From Octopus bimaculoides (taxonomy: Eukaryota): a DNA stretch of 64,000 bases. The position numbers and the translations under genes are program-made. The stretch spans positions 100,066,991-100,130,990 of the forward strand of contig NC_068987.1 in assembly GCF_001194135.2 (NCBI RefSeq). The letters are read 5' to 3'. This document shows, one piece after another, positions 27,601 through 42,654 of the stretch. Below the pieces are notes generated by a model. That model had not been told where the DNA came from. It saw nothing but the letters and a program-made list of their open reading frames with translations, and made no database searches. Each line of letters opens with the position of its first letter. The stretch's first letter is position 1.

Positions 27601-29102
27601 CTAATGTTTCCAAGACAAACTGGTGCGGAAAGCTCTCGAAATGCAACTTGAATTGAAACAAGTCCATAAAAATTCCTTCAGTGACTATTTGAGACGTCGG
27701 TTACAAATATGTGTTTCCGCTATTTTGATGGTATATGATATGAAACCTTGTAGTATCACATATCTTTTTCGTTAAGTGGGCTGTATTGTTCCGGTGACAC
27801 ACATATTTACCACAATATTGTCTCAGGTACGTAGGACTTAAGAACGACAGGTACTGGGAGTGTGTTTTCGATTTTTAAAACTTTTTTTTGCTTTTCAGTA
27901 TGTACGATTTTTCCTGACAATAAATATTTCATATGTACGTTCTGACACTTTTTGTATATTTCTTATGGACTCTGTTAGTATATTGTACCCCCTTCGTGTT
28001 TTATGAAAACTTGGAGCATCGTCACTACATGTTGCATTCCGTTCATTCGGTAATTGCCTATCGCATATAAACTAACGGTTTGAAGAAAGATTTATCAGAC
28101 ATAATTCTATTTTGTCTTTTGTATAGTATGTTTGCATGTTGTTAGATTCGGGTCGTGACACATTACACATTTTCTTTGCTAAATAATGAAACACGCGTTG
28201 TTTACTTTAGGATCATTATGCTAATATTAATGACCGTTTAAGCTGCGATTGAAAATGACAGATTGGACCTTTTAAGTGGTTTCAAATTACTTTTACGTCT
28301 TATCTCTAACAGCTTTTTTTACTGTCGAAATAATCTTCTTATGAACACGAAAAAAATATTTGCCAGATTTGTTCTTTTCTCTTCACATCTTACTCATATT
28401 CGGCTACTTTTGGAGTAATTATGGTTCCCCATTCTTTGGTCACTTTTCACTGATATAGTGCAGGTGTATTAGGTGTAAGCATCTGCTTATCGAACAATGG
28501 AAACATATTCATGTATGTTATTACTTGCTCATTCTTTTCTTATGCAGTAATAAGAGGAAGAAGATAAGGGATCATGACATTTGCAAGTCCGTTATCGCAA
28601 CTGGATTAGTGAGTTTGCACAAAGCTAACGGCTATTGACTCATTGATGTAGGTTTTTAGCTATGGAAAAATACCATAATTGTTCACCTTTATGTAGTATA
28701 CAATTCTACGGGGCACACCTACACATATACAAACATTAACCCACCGACACACAGAAACACACAGATATAGACACACGCATACACACATGGTTACACATGG
28801 ATACACACCAAATCAAAGGAAAAGGAATGCATGAAACAAAATATATTTACGAATATAGATATTCAAAATTAGTGATTATGCTGCGCAGATAGGAGAGTAG
28901 CAGACTTTGTTGTACTTAGTATCATGTTCTAATTCTTTATATAACCGGAAGTTTAACTTCACTGTTTAGGCCTTTAAGATTTGTTCATGATGTTTAACTA
29001 AAAGCGTTGCTAAAATAAGCAAAGTTTAGAGAGTTGTGTAAAACATAGTTGCATATGTACTTCCATCGATAATTTTAAGTGTCCTAGAAATAGGGATGTA
29101 TT

Positions 29103-29123
29103 ATAGTAGTAGTAGTAGTTGTT

Positions 29124-29174
<51 letters not shown>

Positions 29175-29261
29175 ATAGTAGTAGCAGTAGCGGTAGTAGT
29201 AGTAGTAGTAGTAATANNNNNNNNNNAGTAGCAGTAGCGGTAGTAGTAGTAGTAGTAGTAA

Positions 29262-29316
<55 letters not shown>
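29103..29316. repeat. (TAG)n microsatellite with a 10-nt gap
   Basis: Visible directly in the sequence. Confidence 0.95.
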
Positions 29317-29317
<1 letters not shown>

Positions 29318-32300
29318 TGGGAGCATGCTTTAACAACGCGTCGTTGCATCAAGTATTTGTGGGTGATTCCTAGCGACGATCCTCTAAGCCATTGCTCTGT
29401 TTGGATCTACAGGATTCATAACAATTCGTGATTCATAATACGTTAATTCCATAGGTGCAGTTGAATGTTTGAATAGGTACAATGTATAGTACGTTGTCTG
29501 AAGGCATCATATTCACGGTAGGATTATTGTGGATAATTACCTAACCGATATGATGTATTTTGTAATATGCGGTGATGTAGAATACGCGAAGTGTCACGCG
29601 ATGTATTACAAGCATATAGTTTAGAGTTATATGATTATGTAGTGTATGATGTAATCTAGCATTCCATAGCCACTTATATTACTGTGTTTTAATTGAGTGT
29701 GTATTATGCGGGCGCTTGTATGACTGTTTCTGTGGCATTTGTGTAATATTGCAGAGCGCCGTGTTACGGCTTCAAGCTGGTGTGAAACAGTTGACTAGCT
29801 ATCATCCAAAACATAGCCATAGTTCGGGTTTACTTCAACGAAATACAGATTCGTGAGGGTCCGTATTTTCATGTAACTATATACGTATGCATATGGTTGC
29901 CTCTGTGTTTTTAAAAAGCTACAATATCAGAAAATCAAGATGTCTGATATTTGTGAAATTTTGAATATTTAGCCAACTCGATATGCAATGAATCTACATC
30001 TCCAAGATGTGTTTATATGCAGGCACACACAATCTTGCCAAATATCCTGAGCTTTTTATACTAAATGATAAATTATTAAGTTACTGTCGGTTCCAAGATT
30101 TTCAATATTGATACTGAAAACGTGAAATATTTTGAAGCAAATGTACGAGATGTCAATCAGTTCTTTACAAATAATGAAGTATCCTTCAAGAACAGAAAAT
30201 TATTTGTCGGCCCTATAGAAATATGTGTAGTCTCAGAAGAAAAGCCACATGCCATCAACTAGATATAAAACAATCGTGTCTATACCTTACTCAGAATAAA
30301 TTTATAGGAACTAATGCAGCGGTTCGTAAACAGCGTAAAAAAACACATTTCTAAAACAAAACGAGGAAAAATCATTTCAGATTCGATTTTGAATTCATTC
30401 GACCGCGATGAAAAGTATATGTTAAATTTTGGAAACATACGAAAGCATTCTCAGATAACACCCCTAAAATGTGATAATAATATCTACTCTAATAGAAGCA
30501 ATGAATCATGACCAAATCTGTGGAAAGTATGAACGCTTATGTATGTATATATATATATGTATGTGTATGTAGGTGTGGGTGTAAGTGTGTGCGTGTGTGC
30601 GTGTGTGTGTGTGGGTGTGTGGGTGTGTGTGTGTATCAGTGTATATATGCTTTTGGAACGTTGTGGTTACTAATAATATTACTTGACCAAAGCTTTCGTC
30701 CTTTGGTAAATCTAAATATATTCAAATCAACTGTCATGCTCAGGGATTAGCAGCATGTGAATAAGTGTTCCTACGTGCGTGTTACAGCGACAATTGTGCG
30801 AGTATGTGCATTTGTGAATATGTATTAATGTCAAAAGAGTGCGTATGAAATACTGTAGAATGTACTAAATCTTTACATCGTTATAGATCTCACCTAATTT
30901 GCTCGGAGAAGTAGGAATACAAATATGTAATTAAATGAAACAATTATTTATTTCTAATTTATTTTTAGGTTTTCCATTTTTCATAATATTTATGTTTTGC
31001 GTGTAACAGAGGAAGATCGCTCTAATGTGAAATATTCTATTTTCTTTTAATCTCGGGCAGACGATCTAAGGAGTCACTGTTGCAGATTTATTTTGTAGTA
31101 ATGAAACTGGCAAGAACTGTAATGGCTTGAAATTCTGTACAACTCATACATATATTCACTCTACATAACCACAGATTTCTTTTTTTCGGTTTTACTCTCT
31201 TATCATTGTGGCTAGAGTACAAAAGAAATGCAAATATGCAAATATATACGTATAGAAATTAACACCCATATTAATTTGAACATATATTTATATATATATA
31301 TATATATNNNNNNNNNNNNNNNNNNNNNNNNNNNNNNNNNNNNNNNNNNNNNNNNNNNNNNNNNNNNNNNNNNNNNNNNNNNNNNNNNNNNNNNNNNNNN
31401 NNNNNNNNNNNNNNNNNNNNNNNNNNNNNNNNNNNNNNNNNNNNNNNNNNNNNNNNNNNNNNNNNNNNNNNNNNNNNNNNNNNNNNNNNNNNNNNNNNNN
31501 NNNNNNNNNNNNNNNNNNNNNNNNNNNNNNNNNNNNNNNNNNNNNNNNNNNNNNNNNNNNNNNNNNNNNNNNNNNNNNNNNNNNNNNNNNNNNNNNNNNN
31601 NNNNNNNNNNNNNNNNNNNNNNNNNNNNNNNNNNNNNNNNNNNNNNNNNNNNNNNNNNNNNNNNNNNNNNNNNNNNNNNNNNNNNNNNNNNNNNNNNNNN
31701 NNNNNNNNNNNNNNNNNNNNNNNNNNNNNNNNNNNNNNNNNNNNNNNNNNNNNNNNNNNNNNNNNNNNNNNNNNNNNNNNNNNNNNNNNNNNNNNNNNNN
31801 NNNNNNNNNNNNNNNNNNNNNNNNNNNNNNNNNNNNNNNNNNNNNNNNNNNNNNNNNNNNNNNNNNNNNNNNNNNNNNNNNNNNNNNNNNNNNNNNNNNN
31901 NNNNNNNNNNNNNNNNNNNNNNNNNNNNNNNNNNNNNNNNNNNNNNNNNNNNNNNNNNNNNNNNNNNNNNNNNNNNNNNNNNNNNNNNNNNNNNNNNNNN
32001 NNNNNNNNNNNNNNNNNNNNNNNNNNNNNNNNNNNNNNNNNNNNNNNNNNNNNNNNNNNNNNNNNNNNNNNNNNNNNNNNNNNNNNNNNNNNNNNNNNNN
32101 NNNNNNNNNNNNNNNNNNNNNNNNNNNNNNNNNNNNNNNNNNNNNNNNNNNNNNNNNNNNNNNNNNNNNNNNNNNNNNNNNNNNNNNNNNNNNNNNNNNN
32201 NNNNNNNNNNNNNNNNNNNNNNNNTATATATATATATATATATATATATTTGTGTGTCTGTGTACGTATATGTATATATCCATATATTCATATTTGTGTA

Positions 32301-33063
32301 TGTGTATACATAGACGGATACACATATACATTCATATTGTGTGTGTCTATATATACGCACATATCTCCTCAAATATCGGGAGAGGGGAGGGAGAAAGAGA
32401 ATGAGAAATGTATAACCAGGGAAGTATAGAAGTGTAGGAGAATGAAAGAGACGGATGTTCTAAAAGTAATATGATGAAAGAAATAGTTAGTGATGTAGAA
32501 CAGGAAATATCGAAATTAGAATTATAAAATTATAATAGTTATAATATGACAGTGCTAGCAGAATACGATGACAATAGAGTCATTGAATATAGATAAAATT
32601 TTAACGGTAAAAAAATATCATTTTCTATGAATATAGAAGTTTGAAGGAAAACATAACAAATGGAATATCAAAAGGAAGAACACTGGGAAAGTGCTGCATT
32701 TATTGTAGCCAATGCTGATATAGATGGTGTTGTTTTTTATACTCCTGCTGGCGCTAGTGATAATAATAATGAAGTATATGAGAAAAATAGTGATACCGAA
32801 CGTGTTACGGATATGGGTTAAGATCTAGTAGAAAATAATGACAAACCAAATACAAATCATGGTATTATTTATTCCATTTCATGTTTCTTTTAATAACAAT
32901 TCATATTCTATATTCCGATCTTTATGTGATATTTTTTATAAATATGATTAAATATATCTCTGATAAATTGTTAGTGTAAAGAAAAGAATTCACACGAACA
33001 TACTAATGCTTAAGTTCCTGTACAATTACAAATGTACAAGAATATATTTTTGGATACATACAA

Positions 33064-33124
<61 letters not shown>

Positions 33125-35314
33125 TATATATATATATATATATGTGTGTGTGTATGTTTGTATGTATTTATATGTGCCTGTGAAAGTATATCCATGTTTA
33201 TATATAGATATATATAGATATGCATATCTATCTATTTACATATCTATCAATATGTGTGTATGTACGTATGTATATATATACACCTGTCTATCTAGCTATT
33301 TATCTGTCTATCTATCTTTATCTATCTATCTACAAACACATATGTGTAAAGTGTGGTATAGTTATAAATGTGTCCAATATTATATGAAACGTGTAAATAC
33401 GCCAAGATCTCAATACATTAGCTAACTACCTCGGTATTTACATTGTCCAATATACTCTCATGTGAGCATTGAATGTAGAAAGAGAATAACAAAACTATAA
33501 ATAATGTTATTATACCAGGAAAATCGATATGGAATACAATAATAATATTTTTTTATATTAATAGACGATGGTTACGATTGCAAAAATGGAAAAGTGACTG
33601 TTTTATTACGTTTAGTGCTCTTGGACTTTAAAAACCATCATGGTGAGCTTGGAAATAGCAGAATTACACTTGTAACGTTGTAAGTCGTCAAGTGCATCAG
33701 ACCCATAATAGTGTGGAAATCATGGAACCTCGACGTACCGGGAAGGAAGGATTGTTCATAACAACTGTTTTAGGTAAACGGACGAAGTATGCATGTTGCA
33801 TTGGCAAAGACTCATACTTTTCGAAGTCATCCACCTCTAATGGCCAATACCAATGTTGTATTACTTGAAAGGCAATCTATGGAGAGAGCTCGTATATGAG
33901 TCAAATCAAAAAGCGTAGAGCGTTTGCGCATTGGTACATCTGATCTCACTTATTTACGCATTAATAGATGTGAAGACAAATGCTAATTATTTTGATGCTG
34001 TTTCGGTTTAATGAGGATATATATTCGCCAAGAGAGAATCTCCTTCTTGCAGCAGCATAGTAATTTTAAATATTCTATTTGGATCTACTTCATGTGTTAG
34101 GGATAATAATGTACTCTTGTCGTGTACGTTGATAATATATTCATTATTTTAATAAAAAACATATTTACGTGAACGTATTTGAATATTAAATACACCACTA
34201 TAATCGATAGAGCAATCATTGAGAAGCGGAGTGTGCAACAATACCATTCATATCAATCGACGCGTACAATGAAACAAACAAAAAATAACGTTTAATATAA
34301 TTGGAGTGTCATCTTGGGCTGCCAATGTACCCATAAGTATTTTTAGTACTTTCAGGACTACAAAGAAGTAGACGAAAATGTAGGATTGAAAATCTCTCCT
34401 TACTAGATGAAGTAATTGTCCAGCATGCTTCAGTCAATGGCAGTGATAACACTTTTACTAATTCTTCAAAACTTTAAATTCTGAATAGCGGAGAACACCG
34501 GAACATTAGGTCTATAACTTGTTAGTTTACAAAAGGCATACTTTACGTGACGTTTTCTACAATAGGCTGCCTATTGTCTGAGGGAGCTGTAAAAAAGGCC
34601 AAAAGAAAATCAATCCAGAAGGTATGTATTGCTTTAAAGGGTAACATCTCCAGAGGTAAACAGATGACAACTAAATGGGAAAAAATGATATTACTTCAAA
34701 GTATCTGCGATCACAAGATACTCCTTACTAGAAGTGCNNNNNNNNNNNNNNNNNNNNNNNNNNNNNNNNNNNNNNNNNNNNNNNNNNNNNNNNNNNNNNN
34801 NNNNNNNNNNNNNNNNNNNNNNNNNNNNNNNNNNNNNNNNNNNNNNNNNNNNNNNNNNNNNNNNNNNNNNNNNNNNNNNNNNNNNNNNNNNNNNNNNNNN
34901 NNNNNNNNNNNNNNNNNNNNNNNNNNNNNNNNNNNNNNNNNNNNNNNNNNNNNNNNNNNNNNNNNNNNNNNNNNNNNNNNNNNNNNNNNNNNNNNNNNNN
35001 NNNNNNNNNNNNNNNNNNNNNNNNNNNNNNNNNNNNNNNNNNNNNNNNNNNNNNNNNNNNNNNNNNNNNNNNNNNNNNNNNNNNNNNNNNNNNNNNNNNN
35101 NNNNNNNNNNNNNNNNNNNNNNNNNNNNNNNNNNNNNNNNNNNNNNNNNNNNNNNNNNNNNNNNNNNNNNNNNNNNNNNNNNNNNNNNNNNNNNNNNNNN
35201 NNNNNNNNNNNNNNNNNNNNNNNNNNNNNNNNNNNNNNGTATATATATATATGTATGTGTGTGTGGGTTCGTGTGTGTGTGTGTGCGTGCGTGCGTGCGT
35301 GTGTGAGTATATGT

Positions 35315-35510
35315 GTGTCTGTGCTAGTCCCTCACTATCACTTGACAACCGATGTTGATGTGTTTACGTCCTCCTAACGGTTCTGCAAATAAGACCGATA
35401 GAATAAGTACTAGATTTACAAAGAATAAATCCTGGTGTCGATTTCTTCGACTAAAGGCGGTGCTCCTACATGGCCGTAGTCAAATGACTGAAACAAGTAA
35501 AAGAATAAAG
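35315..35510 (+). mobile_element. SINE family A, 3' half (the 5' half probably lies in gap 34738-35238)
   Basis: cttgacaaccgatg..gaccgatagaataagtactag..gtcgattt.ttcgactaaaggcggtgctcc..gtcaaatgactgaaacaagtaaaagaataaa. Confidence 0.85.
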
Positions 35511-36628
35511 GAACACAAGTAAATTAACTAATAACAGAATTATCTATAAGAAATAGACGCTGCCATGAGAAAATCTGAGCAAACCCTTACTACAAACATG
35601 TTAAGGGTTTGGAAAGTCTTTATATACAACGCATGATTTAATGAGGGAGTTTGAGAAATTCTACAGACGAAATACTAGAAAATTATGCATATTTGCTAGA
35701 TATCCGCGTCAAAATACAGCTTCACCATAACTATTTGGAAGTTAAGTGAAATAAAGTATGAAAACATAGTAAAGGATTATACAGCACGAAATAAAAAGAA
35801 AAGGCGAAATGAAAATGTTATTCTAAAATACACAGCGAAACTAAAATAAAAAAATGAAGAGAAAAATTACTTTATGAAGTATACTCTTCTGAGAGTAAAT
35901 GCGCTAAACTGAAAGCCAAACATTCCTCAAAAGCCCTAGGCTAAAAGGAGAAACGGACTGTCTGATTTTAGATTCAGAGAATCAATAGCTGGCCAGAGAT
36001 GATTGTGGGAAGAAAGTAATGATGCAATTTTAGATTACACATTCAATACAATAAGATGATTGTCGGCAACATTTACATCTGCACAGATGTGTGTGTGTGT
36101 GTGTAGTGGGAGACAGAGAGAGAGGGAGAGAGAGAGAGACAGAGAGAGACAGAGAGAGAGGGAGAGAGAGAGAGAGACAGAGAGAGACAGAGAGAGAGAG
36201 AGAACGAAGGATAGATACACAAGCAGACAAATAGATAGATAGATAAAAAGATAGACAGACAGACTGACAGATAGAGAGTAAAATAGAGTGACTGTCAGAC
36301 AGAAGGACACACTGACATATAGACAGATAGATAAATAGACAGATAGTTAGCTAGACATAGATAGATAGATTGAAACAACCAAACTGAAATGTAATTCATC
36401 TATTACAAATTATAAACAACATGAACGAAAATCTCTAAACTCTTGTCTGCATATTGATACCTTGTATAAAATCAGCATATTTGCAATGAAAGTGCAACTA
36501 GCACTTTTGATAAGTAGAGCAATTCTGTGTCTTTTTTTTCATAAAATATCAGACATTATCATCAATTGAAACTTGGTTAATATAAATATCTAATTACACA
36601 ATTAATAGTAAATTTGTGATGAAAATAT

Positions 36629-36664
<36 letters not shown>

Positions 36665-38879
36665 ATATGCAGAGGTGCACATCTATACATAAAATCATTC
36701 AAAGATTCAACTGGCATTCAACGCAAGACATTCTCAAAACGCTACTCACGACACATTTCATGGATAGCAACCAACTGATACTACATAACAAGTTGCACAG
36801 TGTATGCTATATGCTATCAGCTCCCAATAATGACAGAAAATGCTTAATTCTGCCTAAACGATACTCGATAATAAGGCGGAGTGATACACACAAACACATG
36901 CACACAAAAATCGAAAATTCACCACCTCCAGTTTCCAACCAATTTTGTAATATAGTCCAAACATCGCCCATGATGCATAAATGTACCACCCAATTTTATA
37001 TAATTATACACTTCATCAGGGGATATAGTGGTGATAGTGGTGCTTCTAGCAGAACAAAAGTGATGTAGATAGAAAATATAAAATATGTAAAATAACAGGT
37101 ATTAAACGTACGCATTATTCAGTAATTGCAATATTGCAAGTCTGTTGTGATAAAACTTTAAATGCAATGGATGAATGACATGGCTGCATGATGACTGTAT
37201 GAAATTAGTTCATTATGAATAAAACTATATCGAGCATGTCTATATGCAATGATTTATAGAACTCTCTACATAACCATTGCAACAGATATTTGATAATGCT
37301 CCTTTCCTACATTTTCTCTTTTGTAATTATTATGTCGAGCTATCTTTCTCTGACACATCAGCTGTATGACAACTAAAATCAAGCCCACCCAGTTCACAAG
37401 CCATTTCTAATCTCATCATCACGGAGACGTATCGTCGAAACCACCATGGGAAATCTTTGTTCAGGTAAGATTTTCGTTCCGTAGGTGTCGTGCGGAAGTT
37501 GAAATTGCACAATAACAGCATATATCTCATTCCTCTGTAAGTGGTTATAATCGTGTTTAAGCTTACTCTACTTCTTAATAACTTCAAATGAACTGTCATC
37601 AGTGTAGAACAGATAAACTTCGTCAACAATCTAGTGTATATTCCTTTTTTCAATTATACTCTAAGCATAGCTATGTAGGTAAAACACATTTTACTGGTCT
37701 CCACAATTGAAAGAGGGTAAGAAGTGAGTCTCTACAATTGACAAAGTGAAAGAAGGAACATTATATTTTGGAGAGAGAGATCCTTCAGCAGATCGCAATG
37801 AGAAATATCAAATTCAGTCTACAACTTATAGATAATTTCTCACGCGGAGTTCCACATTTGCATTACGTACATAAAACGAATTTCATTCCGAAATCTTTGG
37901 AATAAACCTGACACCAAATAGTTGCAAAGTATACTTCTTGGACGAAAGTTAAACTTCTTGAATATTCTTAAAGTTACTTTCTCGCATGATATCCAAAACG
38001 TATCAACATGCCATATTATATAAGAAGTAAAATCACGTTTGCTAAATATTTGAAAATAAAAAAAATATTTGAAAGACGCATGGTCGCCAACGGTTCTCAG
38101 TGTTATCAATATTATAAGAAACATCTCGACTTCACAAAAAAACTCTTCATCACACTCACTAGAAAATAGTTACAAATCAACAATGTCTAATATAATCAGT
38201 AAAATGACGACAGTAGTTACAAACAGAACAGTAGCCATGAAAATGCCTCGATCAGATGTAGTTTATCATAGGGAAGATATATTCACACCATAGAGTATTA
38301 TGCTGGCAAATATTTCACCTCAGCTAAATATTTGATCCTGATAAACCATTGCAACTATATATAAGCTTATTAGATTTAGACAGCATATACAGGGAGGTGA
38401 TAAGATTGTCATGTTGTTCGCAAGCTAATGTACAGGATGGGAAATGAATTTACGAACCTATAGTCGAAATATTTAACGGAAGTGGATAGCTCACCATATA
38501 CATAATTCTCCATCTTTGGTAACCAGTTAGAGCATGATCACCAATATTATTGAATTTCAGACATGGCAATAGAATTATAAATCTCCGGAAATATACAGCA
38601 TCTTTATTTTCTTTGAAGACATACGTATTTATGTGTAAAAAAAATCGCTTTAAAATTAAGGAGATCCAGCAAATATATAATAAATATTTCTCTGCTCATG
38701 GAGACATTCTTATACATTCTGGTTATGATATGGGAGTCGTAATATAACTGTAGTCCATTACAGACGTTCATTTTTCCATAATGGTTGAAAGAGATCTCGA
38801 ATAGGAATCAATATCTCTATTTCCAATGAAAATATAAAACCCCTTATAAAGAAATATGAACAGCTGTATTAAGTTAAGG

Positions 38880-38914
<35 letters not shown>

Positions 38915-38915
38915 T

Positions 38916-38960
<45 letters not shown>

Positions 38961-39522
38961 GGGGAAGGAAAAAAGAGAGCGGAAGGTGGATGTTGTTAAA
39001 CATTCGTAATATAAATATATGAATCGTCGATATGAATTGTACAGCATCATTAAATAGGACATTTAAAATAAAACAAGTTCAATGTACGATAGTTTTGCCA
39101 AACCTTGAGCATACCCAACTGAATGTGATATAGAAGAAGCGAAATTTAGAGTTAATGTGAAGGCAGGTTGAACACTCGATTCTTTCTCACAACGGCAGCG
39201 TCGTCTGTGATTAGCATTTTCTGTATGTCTTGTGAAGTACGTATAATGCAACATGTATATGCTAGAGTTCAGATGACTTCTGTCTTGTTTTAGTGACAAA
39301 ACTAATACAACGAAAAGTAACTCTGATTAATGTTTAAAATATATTAGCCTTAAGTCATAATTGCGTTGCTGCAGAAAAGAATTTCAGTGAGAGGGGAGGG
39401 TGTTCAGTAAATATATGAAGAATGCGACTATATATTTTTCGAACGACACTTCATCAAAATAATTAAGTCATTATCATGTAAATGTTTAGCATAACTCTGT
39501 GTATTTGTTTACTTAGCCTACA

Positions 39523-39554
<32 letters not shown>

Positions 39555-39560
39555 TGTGTC

Positions 39561-39603
<43 letters not shown>

Positions 39604-40085
39604 NNNNNNNNNNNNNNNNNNNNNNNNNNNNNNNNNNNNNNNNNNNNNNNNNNNNNNNNNNNNNNNNNNNNNNNNNNNNNNNNNNNNNNNNNNNNNNNNN
39701 NNNNNNNNNNNNNNNNNNNNNNNNNNNNNNNNNNNNNNNNNNNNNNNNNNNNNNNNNNNNNNNNNNNNNNNNNNNNNNNNNNNNNNNNNNNNNNNNNNNN
39801 NNNNNNNNNNNNNNNNNNNNNNNNNNNNNNNNNNNNNNNNNNNNNNNNNNNNNNNNNNNNNNNNNNNNNNNNNNNNNNNNNNNNNNNNNNNNNNNNNNNN
39901 NNNNNNNNNNNNNNNNNNNNNNNNNNNNNNNNNNNNNNNNNNNNNNNNNNNNNNNNNNNNNNNNNNNNNNNNNNNNNNNNNNNNNNNNNNNNNNNNNNNN
40001 NNNNNNNNNNNNNNNNNNNNNNNNNNNNNNNNNNNNNNNNNNNNNNNNNNNNNNNNNNNNNNNNNNNNNNNNNNNNNNNNNNNNN

Positions 40086-40133
<48 letters not shown>

Positions 40134-40512
40134 GAGCTTCACTGAATATTTACAGGCAGAGATGTGTGCTAGTAGTAAAATTCCGTCTTAGCTCCACGGA
40201 GACCATTAGAGGAATGAAGGATAATTCAATACTGCAGTTTCAAACGTCTTGGTTCAAGTACATGAGCACGAATCCGATTAGTCATTTTCAATTGAACCTA
40301 TTATTGAGGACGAAATTCCAAAATATTCACATCTCTACCTGTTTACTGGGCTGAAATCGTCAGTTAAAATCAGAATCAAGATTAGAGAAAAGATCAGCCA
40401 CGATCGGGCTTCGAGTACATCAGCGTTGTATATTAATATTTCTACCTTTTATGGTGGTTTATTCTCGCTGGATAGTAGCATCATTTTTAATAATATTTAT
40501 ATTTCTTGTATG

Positions 40513-40555
<43 letters not shown>

Positions 40556-41388
40556 ATGCCTGTATATATGTGTATATATAGAGAGAAGAAGAGAGGGAGA
40601 AACAAAGACAGATAGATTGCGAGATTGGTGAGAATGTGGCGTACGAATATTATACGTATTTGTGTATGTCTATGTGTAGTGGTTTAACCGCCTGCGTGTA
40701 TATATATATATATATATATATACATACATTAATATATTTAAATACGTTCCTAGCACGTGTTGCGCTAGGCTGGTAAATATCAGTAGTTTAGTGATGTTGA
40801 AATTTATGTTTTAGATTTCTAGGTACACTTTATTTTTCTGGCAGTTATTCTTGATTAATTCATGTACCATCTTTTGGTTCGCTTGCTGAGTTAGCAAACT
40901 TAATGCAATTTGTCAATGAAGCCGATACTGTATGATGTCGAAAGATAGCTCCTCACCTTATCTGATTTTAATTATTTGAAACAAAATGGAGATCTATTAG
41001 CAGAAACGTTAGTGCGTTGGACAAATTGTCTTGTGGTAAGAGACGAAGAAACTGAGTCTAATTATAAAAATGCGTAAATACAGACTGCTCAATAGTGATT
41101 ATAACAGAAAGTATGCAGTTCCTTTTGGAAGAGGATTTCGTGTTCTCAAGCCTTATCACGTTATGACGTTTTCTCAGTATACGAAGATTATTTTTAAATG
41201 TTTTGAAACATTTCATTAATTTATTTCCTTTCCAATATATCAGAAGAGACGTAGAAGAGGGATGCACTATACTTAGTCTGTTACTCATTTTTATCTAAAA
41301 TAAACACCCCAGTCACCAAAAGAATGATATTCATACCAATGGGTATAAGTTTAGATATATGGACAACTGGTAATGAAAAAGAACTATA

Positions 41389-41734
41389 AATATTGGTTTC
41401 AAGTTTTGGCAGGAAGTCAGTAATTTATGGTGATGGGGTCATGTCAATTCCATCGGCAGTGTCATGCTGGCACGTCTTTTGTCCTCCCTGAAGGATGAAA
41501 GGAAACATAGCGGTACTTGAATTCACAACGTACAGTCGGACAATGCCGCTAAGCATGTTGCACGTCGTGCAAATGATTCTGACAGCTAGCCGCTAACCGC
41601 AATACTTATTTCATCCACTCCGAAAGGATGAAAGGCAAAGTCGACATCGGCGGAATTTTGAACTCACAACATAACGAGGCACGATAGGCTGCTAAACACA
41701 TCGTCCGTCCTGCTAACGCTTCTCTCAGCTCGCC
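41389..41734 (-). mobile_element. Two SINE family C copies in tandem (41389-41593 and 41601-41734)
   Basis: Both copies contain gaaggatgaaagg..tgaa(t/c)tcacaac..gctaa..tgc(a/t)aa.g.ttct..cagct.gcc in the same orientation. Confidence 0.8.
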
Positions 41735-42567
41735 TTTTTAAGAACTGTAAATATTTAGTTAAATCATGAATACAGATCAATTTCATTATACGAAACACTT
41801 CCTCCACACACACATACATGCACGCACACACACACACACAAACACACACATATATGAACTATAGAGCGAGCAAATTTAAATATAACCCTTGTCTAATATG
41901 AGATATTTCAAATTCATTTCATAGTGTCAATTGTAATTTAGATTAGGTGTTCAACAAAACACAACCTGGTGCATACCACCGTAGGGTTATATCTGTGGTT
42001 GTGTGCTTAATGTTGAACAGCAGAGTCTGTCATTCTATAAATACTCGGTGAAGGGAGAAAATGTGGTTATTCGTAATTGACGAGAGATTCATTAGCCTGC
42101 TTTGCTGGTATGTAAAAGCAGTAACGATCTGGCTTCCGATTCACACAGATAACATATCTTTCAGTTGTGTGACTCTATGAAGAGCTAGGTAAATTACAGC
42201 TCCTCATAGCATCTTCTTAATGCAGGTGGATGAAAAAAGCGTAAATATAATAAAATATTAATATCAAAGCTTCTTCTGTTGAGAATTTCGTAATAGAGAT
42301 AACATAAAATGGACTGAAGTCAGAGAGGTAAAGAATATCTTTACATGTTCTGAGACTAAAATCTTCAATATGTTTCAGAACTAAAAGTTGCTGTGTTGCG
42401 ATATAATCTAATCATTACTGTTTTTTTTTTCTTTCAATAAAATGAAGGCGAGGAAACGAGGAGACACCTGAAGAACTCCATTTCTATAAGATAAAATAGA
42501 TAGAATTAAGATGTTCGATATGGAAATATAACTATATTTTTAAAGCAGTTTTGAAATAATACATGAT

Positions 42568-42575
42568 GTAGTAGT

Positions 42576-42653
<78 letters not shown>
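42568..42653. repeat. Compound (TAG)n(CAG)n(TAG)n microsatellite
   Basis: Visible directly in the sequence. Confidence 0.95.

Positions 42654-42654
<1 letters not shown>

Noticed and set aside
37330-37653. 107-aa minus-strand ORF of ordinary composition
   Set aside because: I recognise no domain and see no convincing splice context, and this length is reachable by chance in 64 kb.
42000-42235. Stretch that resembles another octopus interspersed repeat
   Set aside because: There is no second copy or diagnostic motif in this window to support the call.
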